From a bacterium (GTDB lineage Bacteria > SAR324 > NAC60-12), in NCBI GenBank assembly GCA_965209155.1, contig OZ242383.1, positions 3,360,001 through 3,424,000 on the forward strand: DNA of 64,000 bases, given 5' to 3'. The position numbers were made by a program, and so were the translations under genes. The first letter of the stretch is position 1. Each line of letters starts with the position of its first letter. Of this stretch, positions 62,228 to 64,000 are shown piece after piece. The notes beneath the pieces were generated by a model that saw only the letters and a list, made by a program, of their open reading frames with translations, searched no databases and was not told the origin of the DNA.

Positions 62228-62847
62228 GTCTCATAAATGGTCTAAATCCTCCGTCTTCCAGACGGTAAAGAGAGCTTCAGTCAAAATTAGAATTGCCTTG
62301 AGATTTCCCATGAAATAGTTGTATCTCATTCCATGGGAACTTCATATTCAAAAGGGAGCCTCAGCACCTATCATCATCGCTTTCACCTGGTGTGGATCAC
62401 CAAATATCGTTACAAAATCATGAATCAGGAGATCAAGAAGAGGGGTCGCGATATTGTCGGCCAAGTGGCTGAAGAGATGCGAGTCCATATTGAAAGCGGG
62501 GTTGTTTCTTCTGATCAGGTTCATCTTTTTGTCTCAATTCCCCCTCATGTGAGTGTCAGTGATTTTGTACAAAAAGCCAAAGGGCGGAGTTCGCGAAAAA
62601 TTCAAATGGAATTCCAACCTATTTTGAAAAATCGCTATTGGGGCCGACCTTTCTGGGCGCGAGGATTTTTTAGTGCGACCAGTGGTAATGTGACTGATGA
62701 AATGATTCATGAATATATCAACAATCACTCTGATGCCCATCAACCGGATCACATTGAGAATATCCGGCTCGAATGACAGCTTAAGCTGAATGTTGGGCTT
62801 ATAGCCCTTTGCCTAAATCCCTCAGCTTCAGCTGAGGGTGGTTTAAT
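62228..62847 (+). mobile_element. IS200/IS605 family element (tnpA only)
   Basis: Follows TTTAAT; left hairpin CCGTC-TTCCA-GACGG; right hairpin CCCTCAGC-TTCA-GCTGAGGG. Confidence 0.9.
62333..62776 (+). CDS. tnpA: Y1 HUH transposase TnpA, with HUH altered to QVH
   Basis: HLVWITKYR, KGRSS, FWARGFF and EYI motifs; DQVH in place of DHVH. Confidence 0.9.
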   Translation: MGTSYSKGSLSTYHHRFHLVWITKYRYKIMNQEIKKRGRDIVGQVAEEMRVHIESGVVSSDQVHLFVSIPPHVSVSDFVQKAKGRSSRKIQMEFQPILKNRYWGRPFWARGFFSATSGNVTDEMIHEYINNHSDAHQPDHIENIRLE

Positions 62848-62986
62848 ATTTATGATGTGTCATGCTGGTCCCGGATCATCCCGGAATAGATCCGGGACCA
62901 GGATGATCCGGCATCCAAATATCGCCCGTATCCCCCTGGATTCCTGATCAAGCCAGGAGTGACACGTTTTTTAACTCCTGATTCAC
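62848..62986 (-). mobile_element. Palindromic MITE/REP-like element, copy 3 (truncated)
   Basis: Reverse-complement homologue of 22165-22349; cut at a TTTAAT shared with the IS200 right end. Confidence 0.78.
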
Positions 62987-63089
62987 TTATAATTTTAGCT
63001 TGATTCCTTTTGCGGAGATTTTATTTTAGATACTGAAAAAATCTTTACTGGGAAAATAATAAACAAGCCGCATTAATAGAGGAGATTTC

Positions 63090-63404
63090 ATGGCGGAAGT
63101 AAAATGGCATCAAGTGGGCAACGTTTCCAATATCACCGTAGATCAACCACTGTCGGTGGACGTCAATGGAATTGCGATTGGGATCTATCAGGTTGGAGAA
63201 GAGTATCATGCAATTGAGGATATCTGTCCTCATGCTTATGCAATATTAAGCGAAGGTTTCATCGAAGGATGTGAAGTGGAGTGTCCCCTGCATGAAGCAA
63301 CCTTTAATATCACCAATGGCAAATTATTGAGTGGACCAGCAGATCGTGACTTACAGACATTTCCCGTTAAAACCGAAGGAAACCTGATTCTGGTACAAGC
63401 ATGA
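63090..63404 (+). CDS. Rieske-type [2Fe-2S] ferredoxin
   Basis: CPH...CPLH motif; GAGGAG RBS. Confidence 0.93.
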   Translation: MAEVKWHQVGNVSNITVDQPLSVDVNGIAIGIYQVGEEYHAIEDICPHAYAILSEGFIEGCEVECPLHEATFNITNGKLLSGPADRDLQTFPVKTEGNLILVQA

Positions 63405-63481
63405 TGGGCTGGATTTCCTGCCTTTCAATCACCCTTTTGTAAGGCACAATCGTCATCAAGGTGAGTAGGGAGCGAATTCCA

Positions 63482-64000
63482 ATGAGCAACAACATTCAAT
63501 CCATAGTCATAGTGGGCGCCGGTCAGGCGGGAGGATGGTGCGCCAGGTCATTACGCAAGGAAGGATTTGAAGGAACAATCACTTTGATTGGAGACGAAAA
63601 TCGCCTTCCATACGAACGTCCACCGTTGTCCAAATCGGTTCTTTCCGGTGTAGACGAAGCGGAAGTTTGCCAATTGTACAGCGATAGCGTCTTTGCGGAA
63701 TTGCAATTGAATTTTCTGGCAAATGACCCGGTAATTGCACTCCATCGTTCGGATCATTCCGTCCGATTACAATCCGGCAAAAGTGTTTCCTACGATCGTC
63801 TGATACTTGCCACAGGAGGAAGAGCCCGCACTCTATCGGGTCTCCAGGGAGATCGAGTACACGTCATCCGCACCATTGAAGATTCTTTACGTTTGAAAGA
63901 AGCACTTGCCTCCAGCAATAGTCTGCTGGTGCTTGGCGGAGGGTGGATCGGTCTGGAAGCGGCTGCTACGGCAACAAATTACAATGTCGCCGTCACCGTC
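63482..64000 (+). CDS. FAD-dependent ferredoxin reductase (runs off the window end)
   Basis: Translated by hand: IVIVGAGQAG, PYERPPLSK, LATGG and GGGWIGLE. Confidence 0.9.
   Translation, partial: MSNNIQSIVIVGAGQAGGWCARSLRKEGFEGTITLIGDENRLPYERPPLSKSVLSGVDEAEVCQLYSDSVFAELQLNFLANDPVIALHRSDHSVRLQSGKSVSYDRLILATGGRARTLSGLQGDRVHVIRTIEDSLRLKEALASSNSLLVLGGGWIGLEAAATATNYNVAVTV

Overview
Bacterial chromosomal window, probably from a deltaproteobacterium-like organism (possibly SAR324-like; this is an inference from gene content, not a database result). The first ~22 kb and 51-53 kb hold housekeeping genes (hppA, argD-like aminotransferase, rtcB, lptF, obgE, ilvB/ilvN, gltB/gltD, rpoZ, rnhA, dut, gatA). 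The rest is accessory catabolism (acyl-CoA ligase, SulP, GcvT-family oxidase, Fe/2OG dioxygenases, an AT-rich ABC-transporter/catabolic island, amidase, orphan Mo-enzyme subunit, Rieske ferredoxin and reductase) mixed with IS and MITE debris. Main signals missed by the ORF track: (1) two copies of a 567-bp non-autonomous element with IS200/IS605-type ends. In place of a transposase it carries a four-helix-bundle (23S-IVS/bAvd-like) gene, bracketed by perfect 20-bp inverted repeats built from hexamers. (2) A selenocysteine peroxiredoxin (PxxxTxxU, in-frame TGA plus SECIS-like hairpin) between two glutaredoxin-like genes, preceded by a structured leader. (3) A three-copy palindromic MITE, an Rpn gene with a probable internal antitoxin start, and an iota-class carbonic anhydrase-like lipoprotein. 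No rRNA, tRNA or CRISPR array was recognised.
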